Positions 24,561 through 37,474 of a DNA stretch of 64,000 nucleotides are shown piece by piece. The translations under genes and the position numbers were made by a program. The stretch lies in the NCBI GenBank assembly GCA_964016885.1, contig OZ024741.1:91822001-91886000 (forward strand), in the 5' to 3' direction. The notes under the pieces were generated by a model. The model saw only the letters and a program-made list of their open reading frames with translations, did no database searches and was not told the DNA's origin. The stretch comes from Eledone cirrhosa (lineage: Eukaryota). Positions within the stretch are counted from its first letter, which is position 1, and each line of letters begins with the position of its first letter.

Positions 24561-24993
24561 AATTATTTACCTCATTATTCCAGCTCATTGATCAACAACA
24601 AAGACTACATACTGATTGACTCCAATCGTGGACACGCTCACTTTATTGAACAAGCCATGCTCTAAACAATAGCTACAATGGAGTGTGAAACAGGAATTAA
24701 TAGTTTACATACAATGAACTTACACATCACTGTAAAATAATTAACATTACAAACCGACGAGGGAACATCTACGTTGTTGTTTGATCTGCTGGAATAGGAA
24801 GCAAATCTGATTCGAATAAATCCCTACCGTAATAAAAAAAAAAAGAAGGATATATTAAATAATGTAATCCTTGATGCTCTTAAAGAGACCGGTTGGGTTA
24901 TCGTTGACGGGAATGCTTTTGATCAAAGGTTTGCGTAATGAAAATTGGACTGTGGACAAGCAGCGGCAATACACATTTACACTCGCACACATG

Positions 24994-25083
<90 letters not shown>

Positions 25084-25106
25084 CGTGTGTGTGTGTGTGT
25101 GTGTGC

Positions 25107-25158
<52 letters not shown>

Positions 25159-25596
25159 CGAGAGAGAGAGAGAGAGAGGAGAGAAAGAAAGTAAGAAAGA
25201 CGGAGAGAGTTGCTGGCGTAGTGGTATGGTTAATAATTTCGCTTCACTATGACGTGAGGTTTCTAGGTTCAGTACCATTGCAAGGTATCTTGGTCTTCCA
25301 CTACAGTAGTAGAATTTCGTTGACGCAAACTGCAAGGTAAGAAGAGTATGCTATAGGGAGCTGAGTGGGGAAGCTAAAATATAATATAATACAACAGATG
25401 AGATAAAACCTGTTGTTGTTTTTTTTGTGTTTTATTGTTCGTTTAGGTGATGGTAGAGGTGTAGAAATATGAGTGTGTTAATGTTAGAATTAAAATTAGG
25501 GTCAGAGTTACAGTTAGAATTAGGATTAGGATTAGTGTTAGTATAGTTACCGGAGCAACAGTTTATTAGCCTTGTTGCTTGGTTAGTCTTGTTCAC

Positions 25597-25638
25597 TTGA
25601 CAGTGGACACTTTCGGATTATAATCTTTCATCAGACTG
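25597..25638 (-). ncRNA. Degenerate minimal hammerhead
   Basis: acagt-CTGATGA-aagatt at aatcc-GAAA-gtg-TC-c-actgt. Confidence 0.5.
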
Positions 25639-25769
25639 TATTATTCTATATTATTCTTGGCTTGATAAATCCCTTGCTAGTTAGGGTATTTGTATTAGTG
25701 TTCTCTGTGTGCCCAGGTCACACTGACGGTTTAGGGTTGACACACGCTTCCTAATAAGATATGGAAACA

Positions 25770-28060
25770 CCTATACACTCTACGCTCTAACTTTGACAAC
25801 ATGGCCTTCCTGCTTTGCGTTGAAGAATTGGTTGAGAGCCAATCCCACCGCAGAAACATTATTTGCGTTGCATTTCATGAATGCCTCTTCTAACTTTCTA
25901 ACTAGATCGCCCTCTTGTCTAGTTTTCACTATCACTATTCCTTTACTAAACCTTATCGAGTCTACTCTAATCACCTTTTCAACGAAAACCACAATTTCTT
26001 GTTGACCATTGATCCCATTAACGCCAGCTTAACTTCTCAGCTGGCTTTCCCCACCGGAAAGTATGCGTTCAGTTTCCAGTAACTTGGACCCTGTCTATGA
26101 AGCCTATCTATGTTGACTGTACAGATCACACATTTGTGGTCTGCGTAATCGACTATTTTGGACTATGGGCAGCTTATGTTAGCCTTTATATACTTTCCTA
26201 CGACATACCCTATCTAGGTACGATCTGGATGACCCGATATGGTTTGTCCATGTCCACAATCGTGTATTTGGAAATTCCAGTCGATACCTGTCAGGCAGAT
26301 GGAAATGTAGAGAAGGTTTGCGAGGCTTTTACACCTTCTTCCCCTATCGGCTAGCCCTGCACAGTCCGAGCGTGCGTCTAAGATACCGTTCCAATCGCCC
26401 ACTAACAGCCTGTAAGAATACCGTTCGCTGATGGTCAGGTCCAGCACCACTAACTTACCTTCTGGGTCCAGGAAGATCGTCCGTATCGTGAGATCCAAAC
26501 TTTTCCGAAACAATACAGTGACTCCGCCTCCAAATCCCAGACAGCTTGGAGATGCGTGCACCTCGAAGCCGCCGAAAATGGGTGCGAGTGCTTGTACCTC
26601 GGAAATTCTGATGGCCACCACATGTTTAGTGAGTTGAGGTCATTGAACAGCGGACCCTGCTTCCAAGACAACCCCAGGCTATGTGCATTTATACTGCCTA
26701 TTCCGAAAAAGGCCATGTTATATAAAGAGTAGGAAAACATAGGAAAGACCGCATACTTTAGTATTTTGGAGGAAGGACAGTTGCTCCATCCTTCTGACAG
26801 GTATAGATTCTTTCATAAGTATGTCTGTGTATATCCTTTTTGAGAGTGCTCGTCAGTAGTACCCTATTACCTCGGAGAATTTTGTATACGTTTGTCTACG
26901 TTTCTTGGTCTATGCGAATGTATTTAAGTGCGTGGGCAGTGTGATTTTTGTGTTGTTATGAAATTTGTTTCCGATACGCTGGTGTTGTGTTGTATGTAGT
27001 TGAGTTGTTTTTTTTATGTTTATTGCTGTGTAGAGTGTGGAGTTTATGTCTTTTTGCTGTATTTACTGTTGCTGTAGTTGCGGATAGGGGTTTTGTTGTG
27101 TTTTGGATGTTGTTTTTGTTGTAATTTGATGTGGTGTTGATACTTGTTGTAGAGGTGGGCTTGATGGTATTGCTGATGCTAGTGGTAATGGTGGATTGGG
27201 TGTTACTGCGGAGGTTGATGTTTGCGATGCATTCTGCGGGGGTTCTCGGTTTTGTAGGCGATTTTTTACTTTTCCATGTTTCCTCTTTTTATTACATGCT
27301 CGAGTGGGCCAAGTCGAGGAGGGGCATGTCTTCTACTTGTTATCTTGTTGCATGTGCTGGTGTTGGTTTTGGCGTGGTAGATGGTGGTGGAGCTCCTATT
27401 ATTGTTGTTGCTGTTGTTGCTATTATTAACATTGGTTGGCTTCTTGATTGTATTGTAGCCGCCGATGGTTGGTTTAATAGCAGTGTGGGATTTGGCGTAG
27501 GCAAGAGAGGAGGCCCATTTCTTTGGTGATTTGTTGAGGGCAGAAAGGTTTCAGGTGTGTTTTTGTGCCATATTTGTGGAAATTTGGCCTTCTGCCCTCT
27601 ACAATCATAGTGTGGTCGGTGCCGTCTACATAGAGGTGATGGTAGTGGTGGCGGTGGTCTTCGTAGTTATTTTCTTTTGTTGTTCCTGCGATGGTGATGG
27701 CGGTGTTGAATTTTTTAGCAGCGAGAAATTTGTTTCAGACTTTTCCCGTGCTGTGTTGTTGTTGTTGTGGTGGTGGCAGCTGGCGTCGGTCGCCCTTCTC
27801 TCTGTAGTGATGGTAGTTGTAACACTGATGACGTTGGTGATGGGGGGGGGGGGGGCTCGTCTCGACCTTGAGTTGTTGTCATGTGACCGCTGTCTCAAAA
27901 TGAGGAGCATATTTCTTTCATTTCTTTCGTTTGTAGGCGTGAAAAAAAATGAAATTAACGTTCAAATATTTGAGGACTCTCTTCTTCAGGGCAAAGACGG
28001 GAGCCTTATGTCCATTTTGCAACAAAAGTTATAAGAAACAAGCGCTTTAAACAGATTGAA
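25770..28060 (-). mobile_element. Degraded Tx1/L1-like LINE (ORF1 remnant + APE endonuclease; no RT seen)
   Basis: IGSINAHSL, GGGVTVLFRK, DPEGKLVVLD, VGDWNGILD; homologous to the copies at 29 kb and 37 kb. Confidence 0.85.
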
Positions 28061-28134
28061 ATAACAAACTTGCGGGAGTGAACAAATATATGTCAGAACA
28101 AACAAATTGTCAAAAATAATAAAAGGAATGGTTT

Positions 28135-28320
28135 CTGATTTGGGCACAAAGCCAGCAATTTTGGGGTAGGGAAAGTCGATTAAATCGACCCCAGTACGTT
28201 AAGGATGAAAGGCAAAGTTAACCTCAGCGAGTTTGGAAATCAGAACATAAAATGGCGTAACTATATGCCTTAAAGCATGTTATCCGACGCTCTACGGATA
28301 CTGTCAATCCACCACCCTTA
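28135..28320 (-). mobile_element. SINE (second family; gaggt(c/t)aactttgcctttcatcc core)
   Basis: Same core at 28800-28985(+), 22430-22580(+), 50560-50690(+), 53005-53150(-), 54660-54830(+) and 6650-6790(-). Confidence 0.7.
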
Positions 28321-29011
28321 TAATAAAACAACAACAACAACAACATCCAATACTTCATAAATAATGTTATAATAATTCAAAAGAAAAATACAATGTAATA
28401 ATAATATTAAAGTGAATCGAATCTTTTTTTTCTTCTCTTATCTGTTTCTGTGAAAATTCAAAAACATATGGAATCACAATTAGATTGAGAATGGCCTTGT
28501 CTGTTCTCTCTTTTAGTAAGGTGTGCTGTGTGTCTTTTGTTTTCTCACTGATTTATTGTTTTTGTTTGGTGTCGTCTTATCTGTTTCTAGTGGATTGTTT
28601 GTTTTGTAACATCGTTCTTTGTTAATAGAATTTGAAGTCTCTCGCCTATTTAAAATAATTTTCCTTGTGTGAAACACTTCTTACTGTACAAAATGTTAGC
28701 GCCTGGCTATTATTCTATTATTTTGCTCCGTTCCCCTAATTCAAACAAAAAATGTATTATTATCACCATTATTATTATTATCATTATTATTATTATTATA
28801 AGGGTGGTGGATTGGCAGCATCAGTAGAGGGTCGGACGCCATGCTTTGCAGCACAGAGTTACGTCCCTTTACAGACTGAGTTCGAATCCCGCAGAGGTTA
28901 ACTTTGCCTTTCATCCTTACGGGGTCGATAAAATAAAGTACCAGTAATGTACTGGGTATTTGCTGGCCTTGTGCCAAAAGTAGAAACAGTTATTGTTATT
29001 ATTATTATTGT

Positions 29012-32000
29012 TTGGCGTTGAAGTGAATGAACGTACTATCGTGAGCTCGAGTAAGTTTGTTACTACTACGGTTTTAAATACGTTTGTTATTAATATATTT
29101 TGTTTCAAAAGGGGCATAAGACTTTAGTCATAGCCCTCAAGAAAGGACTCCCCATAATATTTGGGCCTTTTGACCCAAATATTTAACCTTTGTGTGTTTA
29201 AAAGGAACTTTTTATCGAAAAAAAACATGGCGGAGCCACGCTGCCTAACTCTCAGTTTGCTGTCGAGCGACAGCGTGTCAAACGTTAAGGCTAATATACA
29301 CTCCCGCAACACATCAGGCATTATCGCCAACACCAGCACCACCAACAACAGTGAGGCACTAATATAAATAAAAATGACAACACCAACAACATCAGCAACA
29401 GTGAAATTACCAAAAACAGTAAAAATACAATTGTGATCAAGAACGACAACAGTACCAGCAACAACGACAACAATAACTGCAATAATGACAACACCAACAA
29501 CAACAGCAAGAACGACAACAACAGCAAGAACGACAACAACAGCAAGAACGACAACAACAACAGTAAGAACGACAGCAACAACAGAAAGAACGACACCAAA
29601 GGTAACAAAATCAACAACAGTGACAACCACAACAACAGCAACAACATCAATAACAACAACAAAAGCAGCAGTAACGACGAACCGACACAGCAGATAGGTG
29701 TCGCACAAGCTACATCATTGGCGAAGGTTACCAAAAATGTTGAACGTGTACGCGTCAGTGACATGGAGATGAGGCAGTTCAAGGTGTTGGTTAAAAACAC
29801 CGGACACGTGGTAAGCCTCAACCACCCACCCGACGTCATGAAAAACCGACGTTTGTGTACGGTCTCCTGCCGTACACTTGGACTGAAATCGCGCCGGGTG
29901 GAACGGGCGACCGAGTCGCAGGTCCAAAGGGCTATGGGTGCCGTCTGGGCACAGAAAACCTACATAGCCCGAGGATCGAAGTATGGGACAGTGGATGTTC
30001 TCTTCGCTACATCCGAAGATGCGAGAGCACACTCCATTATGCCATTCCACAGTGACGAAATTATGATGGTGCCCACATACTGCGGCCAGAGAGTCGCGAG
30101 GGTCCGAGTGACCCAGGTTCCGCTCTCAGTGAAGATCGCTTGGCTGATGGCGGCCATCCTCACTGACGTCAAGGAGTCAACAACAATCCTAGACATCATG
30201 CGTATAAAACAGGAAAACTGGTCTGGCTCGGAGATGGAACTAATCATGCAATCAAACCATGAAAGCATAGAGGCCATCCCCGATGTGATAGACCTGTCAC
30301 GGATGCGGAAACAAAACACGCGTTAAGGCCTTTTCCTCCAAACTCACCAAGGCGGGCACGCGCTCCCCCTTCTCCCAACGCCGTGCTCCACGACTGGAGT
30401 GGCCAAACCACGTGAGGCCGCAGTGGCAGGAAAACTACCAGCACCAGCGACACCAACAACAAAGACACCATCTCCACCACCAACAGTGCTAACAAGACCA
30501 ATAGAGAGCATGCCCTTTCCCGATATCGCTAAATCGGACAGAGAGTGTGATGACGCTGAAGGGTGGTAAACCATCGCAGCGAAAAAAGAACTCCCTACCT
30601 TCACCCTCCAAAATGAAAGATGAGGAAAAAAACAAAAAATGAAACGGTCAACGACCGTGGGGTCACCATCAATATCCACACCCCCACAACCACATATACT
30701 ATCACCACCACCACCGACACCGCTAACACCGCCATTATTATCATCAACCCCACCGTCACATCCAACAACACGACAGCAAACACAGAAAGCAACAACATCC
30801 CAAAAGCAGACACAATTTACAGCTATAGACACAGACAACACAAAGCTTTTAAATTACATTCAACACCACACCAACATCACAGAAACAAATTACATACAAA
30901 CCACCAAAATTGCACCTCCCACACATAAAAATTATTGAAATCTCTCAAAAGAATTACACAAAATTAAAGAAAATGTTCCCTGTAGCAATTGGAGACTATC
31001 GAGGGAACCTCACCAGAAGAATTTATTCTGAGATTTTCGTGGAGAAATCCCCTATGGTCGATGGGATGGATCTCCCACTCGCTTCCTAAAAAAGCCAGAG
31101 GTAAAGTGGTTTTTACTTTTCCCCTTTCATTTGTTTTCCTCCTATCTTAGTCAACATGGCTTCTCTCAGGATAAGCAGTATAAATCCACGTGGCCTGGGG
31201 TCATCTTGAAAGCAGGGCCACCTGCTCTACCATCTCGGGTCGTTAAACATAGATGTGGTGGCCATCAGCGAGAAGAGAATCTCCGAGGCACGGGCATTCG
31301 CACCCATTTTCGGCGGCAACGTAGTGTACACATCTCCAAGCCGTCCCAAATCTGGATCTCGAGATACTTCTTAGACCAAGAAGGTAAGTTGGTGGTGCTG
31401 GGTGTGACCAGTGGAGAAGGGCAAGCTTTCAGGCTAGTGGCTGTCTATGCCCCAACAGCGGCAGGACAGCCTGACTTCTTCCGGCGCCTGTAGACTTTTC
31501 TTGGAACGTCCCGCTTTTTAGTGTTAGTGAGTGACTGGAATGGGATCGTGGATGCACGCTGGGACTGTGTGGGATTAGCGGATAGGGGAAGAGGGTGTAC
31601 AAACCTCGAAAACCTGCTCAGATGTTTCAACTGTCTGACAGGTACCGTCTGGATTTCCCGAATGTGCCAATATGGAAATGGACAAACTGCATCGGGTCAT
31701 CCAGATCGCTTCTAGATAGGGTATTTTGTAGGGAAATAGATAGGTCTATCATAGGTTGTCCACAATTTAAGATAGTCGATTAGGTTTAGTAAGGAGTCGA
31801 CAATAGAATAAAATAGAGCAGCGGGAGAGCTAGTTAGAAAATTAGACGAGGCGCTTAGTAAAAGCAGCGCGACCAACGTGCTTGCGGTGAAATTGGACCT
31901 CGACCAATCCTTCAACACAAAGAACGAAGGCTGCGTTGTCAGAGCTAGGGCGTTTGCTCTCAGACACGTGGTGACGAAAGCTGTTCGATGGGCCGGTGTG

Positions 32001-34568
32001 GCGGAGGGGAGTCGGGACAACAAAGCCACGATCCGGTCTTTGGAGGACCACGACGGGCGCATATTATTCGATCCCTGGCAAATGTGTGCAGCTTTTCAGC
32101 GACACTTCGCTCAGTTGCTTGGTGGCAGCGGCGGGCCAGATCGTGGGATGAACTTTAGTGCCTACCTCGACGGACAGCCGTGGCTCTCGTCCACTGAGGC
32201 GGAGTGTTGCGAAAAGCCGATAACAGCCCCGGACGTACGGGAGGCAATGACAGACTGTACGATGGGTAATCGACGGGTTTGTATGGCTGACCAACGAGCT
32301 TTACGTACACAGGCCAGACTTGTTCGGCGACCTCTTGGCGGACGCCTACTGCAACTGGCAACAGAACGGAGAATTCCCAGCTCTATCAGCCGAGGAGCGG
32401 TGCGTTGCTGAGAAAGGACCCGAACAAAGGAACAACATAGATTATTTCAGGCCCATAACTCTGCTAAACGCAGAGTTCAAGATTTTGTCCAAGGTGTTAA
32501 CAAAGAGGTTGGCGCTTGTCGTCGATGATATGGTGGGAGAGGCGTAGATATGCGCCATTCCAGACAGATCCATCCACGACAACTTCCACTTCATGCTATA
32601 CATCGTGGAGAGGGTAGCAGCTAGGGAACCTAGCACGGGTGGGTCCTTGATCAATTTAGATCAGTCGAAAGCTTCCGATAGGGTAGACCATCGTTATCTG
32701 GCGGCGGTCCTGAGGGCGGTCTTCAGAGGCTAGATCGCTGCCATGCAGGAGCGACATCTGCTCTGAGGTGAGAGTGAACCGTTCAACATCATGAGCTCGG
32801 TGCGCCAAGGATGTCACCTCTCGTCCCTGTTGTACGTATTGGCTCTCGATCCATTACTGCACAAACTGGTGGCGTTGAGGGGCGTCCGTCGAGAACTGGG
32901 ATGCAGGAGAACCGTGTCAGCATATACCCACGACGTCACTGTAGTGGTGTCGAATGCCAAACACATCAAAGCGATCGGCACTACACTAAGAGAATATGAG
33001 GCGGTAATAGGAGCAATGATCAACCAGGAAAAGTCGGTGAGCCTCCGGCTCGTCACCTGGAGAGGCAAGTCAAGGGTGTCCAACAGCGTCGTCAGCCGCT
33101 GAACGGACGGATTGGTTAAATTACTAGGGGTCTGGTTCGGTCCGGGCCTCTACACGGACAAAACCTGGGATGAGGTGACAAGCAGGGTGGCCTCTCTCAC
33201 CCAGAAATGGACCGAGGAAGCTATCCCTGAATAGTCGAGGGGAGGTGGCTAACGCGTACATCGCGTCTGTCATCTACTACCACCTGACCGTCGTACCTTG
33301 TCCTAAGCCTCACCTGACTGCGCTGTAGAATTTGCTCTTTCGTTTTTTGTAGAAGGGATGCGCTCCGATGGTCAGGCGGTCCATCTACTGTCAACATCCA
33401 CTACCTGGAGGGCTGGGCATACCGTGACTAATGACGCGCAGACATGCGCTCAGGCTACGGCATCTGCAGCTCTTCCTCGACGGTGAACATATGTGGTAGC
33501 CGCTTGCTGGACACGTTTTCCCCCAGCTCGTCTCCTTCATGGAGTGTAGTCCTGGGTCAAGCGAAGACCGGATAGAAGCGCTTGGAGACTGGGATATCTT
33601 CAGGTGCTCACAGCCCTCGACCAGTCGGGTGATACGATCGGTGAAAAATTCACCTTGGTGTTCTATAGAGAGTTAGTGTAGGACAAGAGTGACGACGTCC
33701 TTGGGGAAACTCAGGGTGTCGACAAAAGCCAACTAGCTATTCTATTCGGGAGGACCTTCGGCTCAGGGCCAATGGATAACTTCCAGATGTCCCTGACCTG
33801 GCAGTGTTACCAAGGAGCGTTGCCAGTTAGAGATAAACTTTAGAGGCATGGAAGTGCTGTCTGCTGGACCTGTCCGAGATGCGCACCGTGCGACGAGACC
33901 GTCCTGCACGTATTCGTCCAGTGTCCAAGCATCGCTAACTTGTGGGTTTATGTCGAACATCTGCCGTCGCGTGTAGGACGAATCCGGCTATCAGCAGAGT
34001 TCATCGTGGAGATTGCTCCGCCGCCCTCCTTTCACCAGAAGTAGAGGCAGTTTTATTTGCCTGGTGGCCATGGTGAAAGAGGTCGTATGGTGGACCCGTC
34101 TGAAAGGGTTGAAGACGGGTACTTTCCTCTTCGGTGACGCCCTCATTAACTTTTGCAGGTTTCACCTGAAAAGGAAAATCAGGGTGTAGAGAGAAGTGGT
34201 GCCTTCCAGCCAGTTTATTGAAAGGTGGGTGGGAGAGGTAAGAATGGCCCGTGTGAATGGGCCTGCCCTGAGCGTGTACCTGTAGTATCGTAAGAGTAAA
34301 ACTGGAAGAGGGCGCTTGCCCTAGCGGTCAGGGTGGCCGTGGCTTTTTGTGGGCTTTCTCCACGAGTGCCCTCGGAAGTCTCCCCCCCTATTGGGGAATT
34401 TTTCCTTTGTTTTCATTTTTCTTTCTGTTACAACCTTTGTTTTTGTTTTATATATATAATTTTTGTTTTGTGTTTACACACAGAAATGCCCATATTTACC
34501 GTCTTGTACCGTCATGTGCTGTCCTTAATGCTATACTTTATGTCAACCCTTGTAGTTAATATAGAAAG

Positions 34569-34570
<2 letters not shown>
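29012..34570 (+). mobile_element. Tx1/L1-like LINE, near full length, heavily frameshifted
   Basis: ORF1 ~29433-30326 (Asn-rich N-terminus, KYGTVDV). ORF2 remnants ~31156-34285: APE (LVAVYAP, DWNG), RT (FRPITLLNAEFKILSK, SVRQGCHLS, SAY..DV), C-terminal C..C..ETVLH. Ends aatatagaaagc before (ATT)n. Confidence 0.9.
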
Positions 34571-34599
<29 letters not shown>

Positions 34600-34601
34600 G
34601 T

Positions 34602-36394
34602 TCTTTGAGTCTCAGTCATTGATGTTAGTTAACTGGAAAGTTTGTTGAAATGAATATCAAGCCACTACCTGCAGCCTCAGATATTCAAGACGTATCGGAG
34701 GGTTCTTGCTGTTCCCAACAAGCATGCCTTTTGAAGCGTTCCAAAAAGAGTCGGCGGTGCCATTTTTCTTTAACCATCCCTGGAAACTTTTCGAGATAGT
34801 ACCTAGGCCACATCCACAATCAGGCACGATCTTTTTTCCTTGTCAAAAACCACCAGGTCAGGTCTATTGTGTTCCAGTTTCTTGTCCGTCTGTATCCTAA
34901 AATCCCACAGCACCTTCACCTGATCGTTTTCTATCACCGACTCTGGCTTATGCTCATACCACTTCTCAGAATGTGGTAAATTGTTTACTTTGCATAGGTG
35001 CCAGTGGATCACCCTGCCCATCACATCATGTCTCCAGCCCTTATAGTGAGTCTGGGCTAGGTGTTTACTTTCGGATACAATGTGAGCCACAGTCTCCTCT
35101 CTCTCTCCACAGATCCTGCACAGTGGGCTAGCGTCCTCCTTGTAAATATGGTGTTTCAACCACTTCGTTTTGAGGGCCTGCTCTTGTGCAGCCATTAACA
35201 TTCCTTCTGTAGCCTTTTTAAGGTCTCCTCTTTTCAACCACTTCCATGTCTGTGGATCTCTGAATTCAGTTTTCTCAAAGAAGGTACTATGAAGGGATTT
35301 TTCATGAAGGCTGCTCTTTCTCCTTGTTATTTCCTCCTTGGACATCCCCTGGTCTATTGTCCTCTCCTTCAGTACAATTCTGAGCATTGGCTCCTTACTA
35401 TCAGTCACGTATTTGTGTAGGTTGTTTTTCTCCATCTGAACACAGTCCTCTATGCTGATAAGACCTCTTCCACCTTCAGATCTCCTTAAGTAGAGTCTAT
35501 CGACATCACTCCTCTTGTGGAACATGTTGTAGATAGTCAATAGCTTCCTAGTCTTCCTATCCATTTCTTTTTGTTCAGCAACATTCCATCTCAGAATTCC
35601 CGCACTGTACCTAATAATAGACACAGCTCGGGAATTTACTGCGCTTATGGCATTTCTGCTGTTCAGATGTGACTTCAATACGCTCCTTACTCTCCGAATG
35701 TATTCAGTTCTTAACAATTCCTTCATTTTTTTGTTCTTTATGCCATCAGCCTCCAGAACGCCCAAATACTTGTATCCTTCCTCAGAGTCAATTTCCTTTA
35801 TCATCTCACCTGTTGGTATCTGGATCCTGTTACTTCTGCTCAACCTACCCCTCCTCATCACAATGACTCCACATTTACCAATACGAAACTGCATACATAT
35901 ATCACTGCTGAAAATACGGACAGTGTCAACAAGCACATCCAACTCCTTCTCACTTTTCCCGAAGAGCTTAAGATCGTCCATGAAGAGGAGGTGATTGATG
36001 GTAAGCTCTCCCCTTCCCAACTTGTATCCTGCTCTCACTTTTCGCAGCATAATGGTCAAGGGCATCAGGGCAAGGACAAACAACAGAGGGGACAGGCTAT
36101 CTCCCTGGAAGATACCTCTCTTGATCTTCACGCTTCCCAAGGATACTCCAGTTGATGTCAACTCTGTCTCCCAGGACCCCATACTCCTGCCTAGCAACTG
36201 TCTAATGTTATCTGCCACCCTGAAGATCTCCAGGCTTTTGGTGATCCAAGAATGAGGCACTATGTCAAATGCCTTTCTGTAGTCTATCCATCCCATGGCA
36301 AGATCAGTGTGTCTCCTCCTGCAATTCCCCATTACCATCTTATCAATAAGTAACTGGTCCTTTGTACCACGTGACTTCTTTCGGCATCCTTTCT
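34602..36394 (-). mobile_element. 5'-truncated R4/Dong-like non-LTR element (RT + CCHC + REL endonuclease)
   Basis: [64 protein letters not shown], then LQKACLLGTARTLR* (stop at ~34677) after an internal deletion; (TAA)n on both sides. Confidence 0.92.
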
Positions 36395-36440
<46 letters not shown>

Positions 36441-37417
36441 AACTGCATTTATCTTGCTTTATGTTCATACGAGTTATCACCAAGTCACAACCAGTGACCT
36501 CAAGAGACAACAAGGTCCGCCATGTTCAAGAAAGAACATACATACTCACACGTGCACCTCTAGTGTTTAGACTTGTGATGTACTTATATTGACAGAATCT
36601 TCCTTAGTATATGGGCAGTTCCCATTAGTACTATCTTTTGTATTTCTCCTATACGCGGGTTTCCTGGGATTTTCGATAAGTAATCATTAGACGCCTTAGG
36701 TATCATTCCTAGACCGCCTACAACCACTGCTATTGTTTTAGTTCTCAATTTCCACATTTTTCCAATTTCTATCTCCAGGTCCTTATACTTGCTCAATATT
36801 TCAAATGTTTTTATAGATACATTCTTGTCTATTGGAACGGACATATCAATTAGCAGGCATACCCTCTTTTTAAAGTCCTTCAATATTATATCAGGTCTAT
36901 TTGCATCTATTTTTCGGTCTGTTTGGATGCTAAAGTTCCACAAGATTGAGATGTGATCTTTTTCAAGTATGGGAGGTGGTTGATGCTCCCACCAATTCTT
37001 TTGATGGGGCAGGTCAATATGCTTACACATTATCCAATGTATGTATTGTGCAGCTCTGTCATGCCTGTTTAGGTATTCGGTTGGAGCTATAGGACTGCAC
37101 ATTGAAATTATATGGTCAATGGTCTCTGGTTGTTTTTTGCATAAACGGCATAATGGGCTGCACCCATTTTTTATTATGTTGGCTTGGTAATTTTTTGTTG
37201 GCAGACACTGATCTTGTGCTGATATAATCAGCACAAGATGCCCACCACTGATGGGTTAAAGTTTTGTCAACATCAGGATTGTTAGCTCGCTCTGGGTATT
37301 TTCCATACAGAGGCTTTTCTTGCCATTTCTTAGCCAGTTTCTGTAGCAGTTCTTTCTTTGCAGTTACTTTTACCTGCTTTGCTTTTTCTGTGTTTTCCAT
37401 TTCAGCAGTAAATGGGA
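36441..37417 (-). mobile_element. 5'-truncated R4/Dong-like element, second family (CCHC + REL endonuclease only)
   Basis: AQDQCLPT, CRLC..ETIDHIISMC, RHD, NRPDIIL, LIDMSVP, KYKDL, QKIVLMGTAHILRK; (TAA)n on both sides. Confidence 0.92.
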
Positions 37418-37427
37418 CTTCTTCTTC

Positions 37428-37473
<46 letters not shown>

Positions 37474-37474
<1 letters not shown>

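Noticed and set aside
23510-24588. Ser/Leu/Pro-rich ORFs up to 350 aa
   Set aside because: Artefact of the polypyrimidine strand
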